From positions 14,425 to 78,424 of the forward strand of contig CAZTGS010000002.1 in the NCBI GenBank assembly GCA_964613455.1: a stretch of DNA of 64,000 nt. Direction: 5' to 3'. The notes beneath the pieces were generated by a model. The model did no database searches and was not told where the DNA came from. It saw only the letters and a list, made by a program, of their open reading frames with translations. The translations under genes and the position numbers were made by a program. This document shows positions 50,159 through 58,898 of the stretch, piece after piece. The stretch comes from an uncultured Gammaproteobacteria bacterium. GTDB taxonomy: Bacteria; Pseudomonadota; Gammaproteobacteria; Magnimaribacterales; D2472. Position 1 is the stretch's first letter; the number at the start of each line of letters is the position of its first letter.

Positions 50159-50160
50159 TA

Positions 50161-50748
50161 ATGCTTAAAGATAGATTTAGGAAATATCTTCCTGTTGTAA
50201 TGGACTTAGAAACTGGTGGCTTTGATTCAGAAACAAATGCTATTTTAGAAATTGCTATCACCCTTATTGAAGAAGAAGATGAGCAGTTAATTGTTGGTGA
50301 AACTCATAGATTTCATATTGAACCATATGAAGGATCTATTGTTGAAGAGGAATCACTTCTATTTACAAAAATTAAATTAGATCACCCTCTTAGAAATGCT
50401 GTAAGTGAAAGTGAAGCCTTAAAGGAACTATTTAAAATAATTAATGTTGCTAGAAATAAGTATGAATGCTCTAGAGCAATATTGGTGGGACATAATGCAC
50501 ACTTTGATAGCTCATTTTTAAATGCTGCTGTAAAAAGAAATGATATAAAAAAATCTCCCTTTCACCCTTTCTCTGTTTTAGATACTGTCACGCTTGGGGC
50601 TTTAGCAACAAATCAAACTGTTTTAGCAAGAATTTGTGAATCACTTAAGATTGACTATGATTCAAAAGAAGCACACTCAGCTGCGTATGATTCAGACGTA
50701 ACTGCTAAGGTTTTTTGTAAAGTAATTAATGATTTTAATAATAAATAA
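50161..50748 (+). CDS. rnt: ribonuclease T
   Basis: 195 aa with the DEDDh motifs VVMDLETGGFD, HNAHFDSSFL and HSAAYDSD. Confidence 0.93.
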   Translation: MLKDRFRKYLPVVMDLETGGFDSETNAILEIAITLIEEEDEQLIVGETHRFHIEPYEGSIVEEESLLFTKIKLDHPLRNAVSESEALKELFKIINVARNKYECSRAILVGHNAHFDSSFLNAAVKRNDIKKSPFHPFSVLDTVTLGALATNQTVLARICESLKIDYDSKEAHSAAYDSDVTAKVFCKVINDFNNK

Positions 50749-50756
50749 GAAAAAGA

Positions 50757-50924
50757 TTATTCCTTACTATCTCTTTTAAGATACTCAATTTCAGGCTCCC
50801 AGAGCTCTATTGAATATCCATTAGAATCAGTCTCATTTGAATAGCCTATAAAGTAAATAGTTCTCCCTTTCCTATCCTTTTTTGAATCACCAAATGTCCA
50901 AATACTTTGATTATTAATATTCAT
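50757..50924 (-). CDS. hypothetical 55-aa protein (below the ORF-track cut-off)
   Basis: Hand translation gives MNINNQSIWTFGDSKKDRKGRTIYFIGYSNETDSNGYSIELWEPEIEYLKRDSKE. It starts 4 nt after the stop of the 135-aa ORF. No family recognised. Confidence 0.3.
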   Translation of the reverse strand: MNINNQSIWTFGDSKKDRKGRTIYFIGYSNETDSNGYSIELWEPEIEYLKRDSKE

Positions 50925-50928
50925 TTAT

Positions 50929-51336
50929 TTAAAATATAGAAGGCGTTTCATCCAGCAACATCAATGATATTAAATCTAAACCTCTATAGATTTTATTATC
51001 TTTTTTGGAGATAGCTTCCCATTCGTTATATTTGACTAATACATTCGAACCATCAGGTAATTCTTCAAATAACTCTAGTCTATTTTTATTTTTATCAAAT
51101 AACAAAGGACGTTCTAAGACATCATCCATGTGTTTAACTTTTCTATAAATACTAACCGAAAGGCCAATTTTTTTTCCAGCTTGAGTTTCTATGTTTAATT
51201 CATGACCATTTTTTTTAAATCTATGAATTTCTATTTCGGAAGGAATTAGCCTTAGCGACCATATTGGATTAAGCCTTATGTCTGGTTGATAAATCCAACA
51301 TCCAAAAGCTTTACCCTCAATTATATTTCCATCCAT
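50929..51336 (-). CDS. hypothetical protein, 135 aa
   Basis: An ORF 6 nt downstream of grxD on the same strand. No family recognised. Confidence 0.5.
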   Translation of the reverse strand: MDGNIIEGKAFGCWIYQPDIRLNPIWSLRLIPSEIEIHRFKKNGHELNIETQAGKKIGLSVSIYRKVKHMDDVLERPLLFDKNKNRLELFEELPDGSNVLVKYNEWEAISKKDNKIYRGLDLISLMLLDETPSIF

Positions 51337-51342
51337 TCAGAA

Positions 51343-51657
51343 TTATTCAGATGAGCTATCAATCATTGTTTTAAGCTCACCAGCTTCATGCATCTGAGTA
51401 ACAATATCAGCTCCACCTATTAACTCACCTTTAATAAAGACTTGAGGAAAAGTTGGCCAATCTGAGATAGATGGTAATGTTGTTCTTACATCATTATTTT
51501 CCAATATATCAACATAAGAAAACTTAGCTTCACAATCAATAAGTGCTTGAACTGTTTTAGCTGAAAAACCACATCTAGGCTCATAAGGAGTTCCTTTCAT
51601 ATAAATAAGAATTTCATTATCTTTAATCTGCTGTTTTAATTTTTCTTCAATGTTCAT
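51343..51657 (-). CDS. grxD: monothiol glutaredoxin Grx4/GrxD
   Basis: 104 aa with the CGFS active site and WPTFPQVFI.GELIGG. Confidence 0.95.
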   Translation of the reverse strand: MNIEEKLKQQIKDNEILIYMKGTPYEPRCGFSAKTVQALIDCEAKFSYVDILENNDVRTTLPSISDWPTFPQVFIKGELIGGADIVTQMHEAGELKTMIDSSSE

Positions 51658-51659
51658 AG

Positions 51660-52424
51660 TTATTCTCTAATAATATTTATATATCTCTTTATAGTGTCTT
51701 CAAAGCCATAATTCAAGGCGTCTACAATAATTGCATGACCTATTGATACCTCGTTGACCCCTCCTATTTGAGCTAACTTGGATAGGTTCTTTAAATTAAG
51801 GTCATGCCCTGCGTTGACGAAGAGATTGCTTTCATTAGCTTTAGTAATCAAAGCTTTGAGATGAGTAATAATTGTAAAGTTTTCTTGTTCAATAAGCTTA
51901 GAAAATAAGCCCGTGTGAATCTCAATACCCCCCGCTCCTACCTGCAGAGCATAATCTATACTTTGATAATTTGGCTTATTGCCTTCTAGACTATCAACAA
52001 AAAGACTTATACGGGAATGGCTTGAGACTTCTTTTAATGTTTGAATGACCTGGCTCAAATCATCATCATGATTGCCACTTACCCAACCATGATCAGAAGT
52101 AATCTGATTAGGCAAATCTGGTACAAGTGTTATTTGATCGGGTTGTGACTGCTTAACAAGATTAACAAAGCCTTTAAATTCTCCAGAAGGTTCTGAAAAG
52201 GGATTACCCTCTATATTAAATTCAACATTTCTTTTTTTACATAAATTAGCAATAGAAATCACATCATCGCTTGTTGCATGCCTATGATCAGGTCTTGGAT
52301 GCAAAGTTAGACCATCAGCTCCAAGGTCTAATGATTTATTTGCATAATCTTCAACTGAAGGGTTGCCCTCACCTCTAGCATTTCTTAGTAATGCTATTTT
52401 GTTTAGGTTAACACTGAGTTTCAT
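51660..52424 (-). CDS. pdxJ: pyridoxine 5'-phosphate synthase
   Basis: 254 aa with NKIALLRNARG, HPRPDHRH, N.EG and EIHTG blocks. Confidence 0.92.
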   Translation of the reverse strand: MKLSVNLNKIALLRNARGEGNPSVEDYANKSLDLGADGLTLHPRPDHRHATSDDVISIANLCKKRNVEFNIEGNPFSEPSGEFKGFVNLVKQSQPDQITLVPDLPNQITSDHGWVSGNHDDDLSQVIQTLKEVSSHSRISLFVDSLEGNKPNYQSIDYALQVGAGGIEIHTGLFSKLIEQENFTIITHLKALITKANESNLFVNAGHDLNLKNLSKLAQIGGVNEVSIGHAIIVDALNYGFEDTIKRYINIIRE

Positions 52425-52455
52425 ATATATATTATAAGCTTAAAGTAAATTTGAT

Positions 52456-53217
52456 TTATCTATATAAATCATCTTTCTCATTAACAATTAAATCAAAAGC
52501 ATCATTTTTTGCGTATTTATCTTTATTAAAGCCTTTAATTATTATTATAGGTTTGCCTTCTTTACCTTGACCCATTAAAAGCCCTGCAGCGGCAGCTAAC
52601 TCGTCAGCCACGGCTATTTCTGTGCTTTGTAATATATTTCCATATATATCAGTTTCGCCCTTTAAATCTATTAGGCTTTGAATATTTGAGCTTGCTAGAG
52701 CAAAATTAGTAACTCCTGATCTGTAAGGCCTAGTCATTGAATCTGTGATAATTACTGATACATCCTTGTTAAAAGATTTAGAAATAGACGATTGTATTTG
52801 TTTTGCACTTTTAGATGGATTATCAGGTAGTAGTAGAAATCTTGTATCGTGAGAAGGAATATTAGATTTATCTATACCTGCGTTTATATTAATAAAGCCT
52901 AATTTATGCTCAACAATAATTACATTTTTATCAGTGCTAATAATCTTATTGGATTCATTTAAAATAATCTGCATAAACCTTGGATCTCTTTTTAATCTAG
53001 CGCCTAGAGACTTGGCTTCTTCTAATGCTGTGATATCAGATAAATCGATATATCTATTTTCAGATTTAGAAACGACTTTCTGAGCTATTACAACTACATC
53101 ACCTGAATCAATAGCAAGCTCATTATTAATTATAGATTCGATGATGATTGAAGATAAATCATCATCCACAAGTATTAAAGGGAAATCTTTTAATGCTATT
53201 AACTTTAAATGATTCAT
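52456..53217 (-). CDS. CofE-like (F420-0:gamma-glutamyl ligase family) protein
   Basis: 253 aa. By-eye alignment to archaeal CofE shows the shared blocks GDVVVIAQKVVSKSE.R, NAGIDKSN, VIITDS..R..R.G and EIAVADELAAAAGLLMGQG. Confidence 0.75.
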   Translation of the reverse strand: MNHLKLIALKDFPLILVDDDLSSIIIESIINNELAIDSGDVVVIAQKVVSKSENRYIDLSDITALEEAKSLGARLKRDPRFMQIILNESNKIISTDKNVIIVEHKLGFININAGIDKSNIPSHDTRFLLLPDNPSKSAKQIQSSISKSFNKDVSVIITDSMTRPYRSGVTNFALASSNIQSLIDLKGETDIYGNILQSTEIAVADELAAAAGLLMGQGKEGKPIIIIKGFNKDKYAKNDAFDLIVNEKDDLYR

Positions 53218-53296
53218 TGCCTATTAGTTGAGTGATTTATGTGTAATTACAATAACATATATAATGAATATAAATCCTAATGTATACTTCAAAAAT

Positions 53297-53467
53297 ATGA
53301 CAATTTTAGATAAAAAATTACTAGATATATTGATATGCCCTGTATCTAAAAAACCTCTATCATACGATGAAGAAGCTAATGAGTTAGTTTCAGAGGAAGC
53401 CGGTCTTGCATATCCTGTAAAAGACGGAATTCCTGTCATGCTTCCAGAAGAAGCACGGAAGTTATAA
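53297..53467 (+). CDS. Trm112/YcaR-family small protein
   Basis: [14 protein letters not shown]...[20 protein letters not shown]. The start was chosen at the ATG at 53297; the ORF-track start at 53228 adds a non-homologous extension. Confidence 0.8.
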   Translation: MTILDKKLLDILICPVSKKPLSYDEEANELVSEEAGLAYPVKDGIPVMLPEEARKL

Positions 53468-53471
53468 AAAA

Positions 53472-53548
53472 GCGCCCGTAGCTCAGCTGGATAGAGTACT
53501 TGGCTACGAACCAAGGGGTCGGGAGTTCGAATCTCTCCGGGCGCGCCA
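53472..53548 (+). tRNA. tRNA-Arg (anticodon ACG)
   Basis: Hand-folded cloverleaf. The acceptor stem GCGCCCG pairs with CGGGCGC. The D arm is GCTC/GAGT. The anticodon stem CTTGG/CCAAG carries the loop CTACGAA. The T arm is GGGAG-TTCGAAT-CTCTC. CCA is encoded and a T7 run follows. Confidence 0.95.
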
Positions 53549-53553
53549 TTTTT

Positions 53554-55419
53554 TTAAGTCAGCGAATCTAATTTAGACACCTTATCCATCCATTCCTGAT
53601 CAACTATATCCACTTCATTTGATAACTCTAATTGATTTCTAATCAAGTCTTGTAAGTCATCAGTTGCGTTGTCTTTATATAATTCAGGATCTGCAAGTTT
53701 TAAGTTAGCTTCATCTAATTTATTATTCAATCTTAATAATCTTTTTTCTAGTTTAGATATTTCAATATTTAGAGATTTAATAATTTGAGTATTATCTTGT
53801 GGCTCAATAATATCTTTTTTAACTTTCCTCTTTGAATCTTTTTCCTTAGTAGAACTGATATCTAAAATATAATTTTTATAATCATTAAGATCTCCATTAA
53901 AGAGATCAACCTTGCCGTGATCTACTAAGTAGAATGAGTCAACTGAGCTATTTAATAAGTGCCTATCATGAGAAATAAGTAGAATAGCTCCTTTAAATGT
54001 TTGAAGTGCTATTGTTAAGGCATGCCTCATCTCCATATCTAAGTGATTGGTAGGCTCATCCATTAAAAGAATGTTTGGTTTTTGATAAGAGATAATTGCA
54101 AAAGCCAGTCTAGCCTTCTCTCCACCAGAAAAAAGATGTATTGGATCTTTAACTTTATCCCCCTTAAAATTAAACCCTCCTAAGTATGTTCTTACTTGTT
54201 TTTCAGTCTTAGTTTCATCAAGTCTATATATGTGAGTGAATGCTGTAATTGATAGATCTAAATCATCTACCTGATGCTGAGAGAAATAACCTACTCTAAA
54301 ATTTGTTCCTACAGCTCTTTCCCCTTCAATAACTGGAATACTACCAACAATACTCTTTATTAAAGTAGATTTGCCAGCACCATTTGGACCTAGCAAGCCA
54401 ATTCTATCTCCAGGACAAATTGTTAAACTAATATTTGATAAAACAGGTAGGTCGTACCCGAGATCACTTTCACTAAGTGAGATAAGAGGATTCGATATTT
54501 TCTCAGTTTCTGTAATAGTAAAATTAAATGGTGAATCTATGTGTGCTGGAGCAATTAACTCCATCTTTTCTAAAGCCTTAACTCTGCTTTGAGCTTGTCT
54601 TGCCTTTGTAGCTTTGGCCTTAAATCTATTAATAAAACTTTGCATATGTGCAACTTCTTTTTGTTGCTTAACAAAGTTGCTTTGAATTTCTGCCATTTTT
54701 GCAGCTCTTAGAATTTCAAATTGAGTATAGTTTCCAGAATAGAGTTCTATAGTTTGATGATACAAGTGAGCTATTGATGATACGCAGTCATCAAGAAAAT
54801 CCCTGTCATGAGAAATTAATATTAAGGCGCCTGCAAATGATTTAATCCAGTTAGACAACCAAAGGATTGCATCTAAATCTAAATGATTTGTTGGCTCATC
54901 GAGCAACATTAAATCAGAAGGCTGCATTAATGTTTTAGCTAAATTCAATCTAACGCGCCACCCTCCTGAGAAATTTTTTAAAGATTTATCAAAATCTTCT
55001 GACTTAAATCCCAAACCAACCATAAGTTGTTCTGCCTTTGACTTAGCTGAGTAACCATCTAATGAACCAAATATCTCATAAAGCTCAGCAAGTAATTCAT
55101 ATTTCTCATCCTTCTCAGCTAATTCAATCTCTTTTTGAATTTCTATTAACTTGTGATCTCCGGATAAAACGTAATCTAAGGCTATTTCATCAGATCCTGG
55201 TACCTCTTGGGCAAGGTATGAAATTCTTAAATCTGACGGGTAATTTACTGAACTTTGATCAACTTCTATTTCATTTTTAATTACTTTAAATAAACTTGTT
55301 TTACCTGTTCCATTGGCACCAACAAGACCAACTTTTTGATGATGATGAATTGTTAACGATACATCATCAAATAATGTTTTACCGCCAAGAACTAGTTCTA
55401 AATTGTTAAATGAAAGCAT
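53554..55419 (-). CDS. ABC-F family ATPase (YheS/Uup-like)
   Basis: 621 aa with two ABC cassettes (GANGTGKTS and GPNGAGKST; LSGG signatures) and a C-terminal coiled coil. No TM domain. Confidence 0.9.
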   Translation of the reverse strand: MLSFNNLELVLGGKTLFDDVSLTIHHHQKVGLVGANGTGKTSLFKVIKNEIEVDQSSVNYPSDLRISYLAQEVPGSDEIALDYVLSGDHKLIEIQKEIELAEKDEKYELLAELYEIFGSLDGYSAKSKAEQLMVGLGFKSEDFDKSLKNFSGGWRVRLNLAKTLMQPSDLMLLDEPTNHLDLDAILWLSNWIKSFAGALILISHDRDFLDDCVSSIAHLYHQTIELYSGNYTQFEILRAAKMAEIQSNFVKQQKEVAHMQSFINRFKAKATKARQAQSRVKALEKMELIAPAHIDSPFNFTITETEKISNPLISLSESDLGYDLPVLSNISLTICPGDRIGLLGPNGAGKSTLIKSIVGSIPVIEGERAVGTNFRVGYFSQHQVDDLDLSITAFTHIYRLDETKTEKQVRTYLGGFNFKGDKVKDPIHLFSGGEKARLAFAIISYQKPNILLMDEPTNHLDMEMRHALTIALQTFKGAILLISHDRHLLNSSVDSFYLVDHGKVDLFNGDLNDYKNYILDISSTKEKDSKRKVKKDIIEPQDNTQIIKSLNIEISKLEKRLLRLNNKLDEANLKLADPELYKDNATDDLQDLIRNQLELSNEVDIVDQEWMDKVSKLDSLT

Positions 55420-55488
55420 TGTGAGAATTTTAAAAAAGCTAGTGTATCAGAAGATAACTGGTATAAAACTTGTTATTGCAGCTTTATT

Positions 55489-55944
55489 CTAAATACTATT
55501 AATCCATTCATGGACGATATTTTCCTGTTTGTATCTATTTAAATCATCAACTAGGCCGACATCTATAAGATTATCAACAATCTCTTTAAGAGAGTCACCC
55601 TCTTTTGATAACCATTCTGCTGTTGCTCTTATTAATTTATCTTTAAACGTTTGTTTTTTTATTTCTTTAATATACTTTCTGCACTCATCGCAGAGTTCTT
55701 GGATTTTAATTAGAATTTCTTTTTGTCTATCTGGATTAACTTCAGGATAGAAACCTAAGGCCCTCATGAGTTTGTATTGTGGTTCTGATGAATGCTCTAA
55801 TAGATATTCAAAGAAATCAGCAGCTTGGTTGATATTTAGCTCGACTGTTTCTTTAGTGTCTCTATGAAGCATTATGCAATCATCTTGAAGTTGCTCTATC
55901 CACTCCTGAACTGATTGATCACTAATCTTAGCTAAAAATTCCAT
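55489..55944 (-). CDS. hypothetical acidic helical protein, 151 aa
   Basis: An ORF with an AAGGA RBS. No family recognised. Confidence 0.55.
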   Translation of the reverse strand: MEFLAKISDQSVQEWIEQLQDDCIMLHRDTKETVELNINQAADFFEYLLEHSSEPQYKLMRALGFYPEVNPDRQKEILIKIQELCDECRKYIKEIKKQTFKDKLIRATAEWLSKEGDSLKEIVDNLIDVGLVDDLNRYKQENIVHEWINSI

Positions 55945-56055
55945 TAAATAAATCCTTTGATAACAGCATGTTACAGCTTTATGCGAGATTGAGAAGTCAT
56001 ATAGAAAAAAGAAACTTTCTTCTTTTTGCTTTTACATTTAAACTGCCATTTCTTT

Positions 56056-56105
56056 CAAGTACATCCTCTCCCTGGGAGCGACGGCCTCTATAGATGTTGT
56101 ACTTG
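56056..56105. other. GC-rich imperfect hairpin or palindrome in the divergent intergenic region
   Basis: CAAGTACA (56056-56063) pairs with TGTACTTG (56098-56105). Together they enclose cctctccctgggagcgacggcctc, which contains the palindrome TCCCTGGGA. This is a conspicuously GC-rich island in AT-rich DNA. Confidence 0.35.
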
Positions 56106-56207
56106 TTAGTTCAAGTTCGGTTGAGCTAATAATTTTATAGGTTGTGATTTATTTATTCTTCTTGATAATATCAAAATAAAATAAAACTTCTTCAAAAGGT
56201 GTAACAA

Positions 56208-57068
56208 ATGAATTTTTGGAATGACTTGTCTTGGGTTGAGCCACTTCGCAATCCATATTTAACTCCTATTTTTGAAAATATAACTCTATTAGGTTACCCA
56301 TTATTTTTAGTTTTATTTATATCTTTTGGTTATTTTTTTTGGTCACCGGCAAGGTTTACGCGGGTAGCAATGTTGCTATTTATTTCTGGAATAATTAATA
56401 GTTTCTTAAAGGATTATTTTCAAGATCCTCGTCCAGCAATTGAATTTATGCTTGATCCAAAAGTTGGAACTTCATATGGGCTTCCAAGCGGACATGCCCA
56501 AATTGCCGTTACATTATGGGGGCTTCTTGCTTATGAATTAAAAAATAAATGGGCGACTGTAAGCTCTCTAATTCTAATTGCACTTATATGCTTTAGCAGA
56601 CTATATTTGGGTGTTCATGACATGGGTGACATAATTTCAGGATTAGCTATTGGGATAACCATTTTACTACTATGGCATTTAGCTATTAACCAAAAAATAT
56701 ATGAAAAATTTAATTCCATAACATGGCTTTGTATAATTCTTTTGTTTCAACTAATTACATATCTATCTTATCCATTCCATGAGGGGCATGAACCTAGTGT
56801 ATGGTCGTTTGGTGTAATGACAGGCTGGTATCTTGGATCATCAAACATTCACTTGAATTTAAAGACTATAAAAAAACTTTTTATTTCTATTGTAAGTATA
56901 ACTATGGTTTTCTTTACAATGATTTATATAACCCAACTTGAAGCAGCTAATAATTTAACCGGAATCACTGGACTACTTATTAGCTACTCACTCGGCCTGC
57001 TATTTGCATTTATAGTTACATGGCTGATTCCAAGATTATGGAAATTTTTCAATCTGGCCAGTCAATGA
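56208..57068 (+). CDS. PAP2-superfamily membrane phosphatase
   Basis: 286-aa polytopic protein with all three PAP2 motifs: KDYFQDPRP, PSGH and SRLYLGVHDMGD. Confidence 0.85.
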   Translation: MNFWNDLSWVEPLRNPYLTPIFENITLLGYPLFLVLFISFGYFFWSPARFTRVAMLLFISGIINSFLKDYFQDPRPAIEFMLDPKVGTSYGLPSGHAQIAVTLWGLLAYELKNKWATVSSLILIALICFSRLYLGVHDMGDIISGLAIGITILLLWHLAINQKIYEKFNSITWLCIILLFQLITYLSYPFHEGHEPSVWSFGVMTGWYLGSSNIHLNLKTIKKLFISIVSITMVFFTMIYITQLEAANNLTGITGLLISYSLGLLFAFIVTWLIPRLWKFFNLASQ

Positions 57069-57120
57069 ATCAGTTTTAAAAAAATGTTTTACATCTATAA
57101 ATACTAGGTATTATTACAAT

Positions 57121-57204
57121 ATGACCAAATCTAAATTCGCTCTTATCTTAATTCTATCTCTGATATTACCGGTAATTTTTATAAGATTTTTTATCGGACA
57201 TTAA
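57121..57204 (+). CDS. micro-ORF A, 27 aa, single hydrophobic helix
   Basis: Hand translation gives MTKSKFALILILSLILPVIFIRFFIGH. Weak RBS. Confidence 0.25.
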   Translation: MTKSKFALILILSLILPVIFIRFFIGH

Positions 57205-57207
57205 ATT

Positions 57208-57306
57208 ATGTACGATGCATTTATTTACTTGGTAGTTGTTTAGGGTGCGATTATAGGCCTTTGTATTAATCACACTCACCTTCGTGAAAATAACTTTAGG
57301 AATTAA
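57208..57306 (+). pseudogene. micro-ORF B: 11 codons, an in-frame TAG, then 20 more sense codons
   Basis: MYDAFIYLVVV-TAG-GAIIGLCINHTHLRENNFRN-TAA. It is in the same frame as ORFs A and C. The hydrophobic helix is only complete if the TAG is read through. Confidence 0.2.
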
Positions 57307-57369
57307 ATGATTACTTTGCTTACATTGGGTCTTATGGGAATGCTCTATACTTTGAAAGGTTCTTCCTAA
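57307..57369 (+). CDS. micro-ORF C, 20 aa, hydrophobic
   Basis: MITLLTLGLMGMLYTLKGSS. AGGA lies 5 nt upstream, and the ATG directly abuts the TAA of ORF B. Confidence 0.25.
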   Translation: MITLLTLGLMGMLYTLKGSS

Positions 57370-57384
57370 ATTGTTATTTAAAGA

Positions 57385-57465
57385 TTACTTAATATTATCT
57401 TTAACGACCCAATATAGAAGAGCAATAAATATGAGGTTTCCAATTATATAAACTGAGTAATCCAT
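57385..57465 (-). CDS. micro-ORF D, 26 aa, single hydrophobic helix
   Basis: Hand translation gives MDYSVYIIGNLIFIALLYWVVKDNIK. No clear RBS. Confidence 0.2.
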   Translation of the reverse strand: MDYSVYIIGNLIFIALLYWVVKDNIK

Positions 57466-57555
57466 AGTCTTACTTTACCAATATACATAGCAAAGTTGGG
57501 ATTTTATTTTTAAAGTTTATTAAAATAAATTAAAATTACTATGAGGTTATAAGAT

Positions 57556-57636
57556 ATGAGCAATTGGATTCACTTAGTTATTTACGGATGTCTTGCAATA
57601 GGAATATTCGTCTTTATGATAAATTTGGCCTATTGA
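57556..57636 (+). CDS. micro-ORF E, 26 aa, single hydrophobic helix
   Basis: MSNWIHLVIYGCLAIGIFVFMINLAY. GAGG lies 9 nt upstream of the ATG. Confidence 0.35.
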   Translation: MSNWIHLVIYGCLAIGIFVFMINLAY

Positions 57637-57652
57637 GCCCAATAGAAATATT

Positions 57653-58882
57653 TTATAAATCTATTCCAGCTACATAAGCTGAGGCCCAGGCCCATTGGAA
57701 GTTAAAGCCACCAAGATGCCCGGTTACATCAAGGACCTCACCAATGAAATATAGGCCTTTACGATTATTAACCTCCATTGTTTGTTGACTTATGTGCTTT
57801 GTATCAACTCCGCCTAATGTAACTTCTGCTGTTCTATAACCCTCCGTAGACGAAGGCTTTAGTAACCAATTATTTAATTTACTACCGATATATTCAATTT
57901 GAAAGTTAGACCATTCGCCAATTGGAGTTTCTGCAGTATTTTTCCAAAAAAGTAATTCTAATTCCGCAACCAAAGCTTTAGGCATATGATTATTTAAAAT
58001 TGATCTAAGTAATAATTTTGAATTATTTAATTTTACAGTTTTAATATAATCGCTAGCATTTATGGTTGGAAACAAGTTTATAGATATCTCATCTCCCAAA
58101 TTCCAATAACTAGATATCTGTAAAACAGCAGGACCGCTGAGACCTCTGTGCGTAAATAATAAATCTTCATTAAAGGTAGTTTTATTACTGGTAATTTCTA
58201 CTCCAAGAGATATGCCAGAAAGTCTTTCACATATAGGCTTCATATAATCACTAAACATAAAAGGAACAAGGCCTGCTCTTAGATCTAATACGCTCAACCC
58301 AAACTGTTTTGCAAGCTCATATCCATATCCGCTCCCACCTAACGAAGGAACTGACAGTGCCCCTGTAGCTACAACTAATGACTTAGAATTACATGAGATT
58401 TGATGTGAACTATCTTTATCTTCGATAGATACATTTAGTTTATAAACCAATTCTGAATCAATAAATTTTATATCTGTTGGTGAGGCAAACTTTTTAATTT
58501 CAACTTTATATTTATCACATTCACTAATGAGCATATTAACAATATCTTTAGCAGAATTTATACAAAAAAGTTGTCCGTGTTTTTTAGTTTCATATTCAAT
58601 GTCATAAGACTCTACTAGAGTTATAAAATCTTGAGCAGAATATCTACTTAATGCTGATTTACAAAAATGCTCATTATCAGATAAAAAGTTCTCAGGCCTA
58701 ACGTCAAAGTTTGTAAAATTACATCTACCGCCGCCAGACATCAATATCTTTTTGCCTAACTTGTTTGATTTTTCAAGAACTAAAACCTTGTTGCCATTTT
58801 TGGCTGCCGTAATGGCACAAAAAAGACCTGCTGCGCCGCCACCCAAAACAATTGCATCATATGATTGATTATGATTTGTCAT
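57653..58882 (-). CDS. NAD(P)/FAD-dependent oxidoreductase, HI0933/YhiN (BaiN-like) family
   Basis: 409 aa with DAIVLGGGAAGLFCA, MSGGGRCNFTN and a C-terminal FIGEVLDVTGHLGGFNFQWAW. Confidence 0.85.
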   Translation of the reverse strand: MTNHNQSYDAIVLGGGAAGLFCAITAAKNGNKVLVLEKSNKLGKKILMSGGGRCNFTNFDVRPENFLSDNEHFCKSALSRYSAQDFITLVESYDIEYETKKHGQLFCINSAKDIVNMLISECDKYKVEIKKFASPTDIKFIDSELVYKLNVSIEDKDSSHQISCNSKSLVVATGALSVPSLGGSGYGYELAKQFGLSVLDLRAGLVPFMFSDYMKPICERLSGISLGVEITSNKTTFNEDLLFTHRGLSGPAVLQISSYWNLGDEISINLFPTINASDYIKTVKLNNSKLLLRSILNNHMPKALVAELELLFWKNTAETPIGEWSNFQIEYIGSKLNNWLLKPSSTEGYRTAEVTLGGVDTKHISQQTMEVNNRKGLYFIGEVLDVTGHLGGFNFQWAWASAYVAGIDL

Positions 58883-58898
58883 ACTAGTAATTTAACAG

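Noticed and set aside
53224-53514. A 96-aa minus-strand ORF.
   Set aside because: It is antisense to the Trm112-like gene and runs through the tRNA-Arg gene, so it is spurious.
53472-53548. tRNA-Arg as a possible integration hotspot flanked by a genomic island.
   Set aside because: The flanking genes are housekeeping (a Trm112-like gene and an ABC-F ATPase). I saw no integrase and no direct repeat of the tRNA 3' end.
57121-57369. Stop-codon reassignment or programmed read-through as an explanation for micro-ORFs A, B and C lying in one frame.
   Set aside because: TAA, TAG and TGA all terminate well-conserved genes at the expected C-termini throughout the window, which excludes a reassigned code. 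Site-specific read-through cannot be supported from sequence alone.
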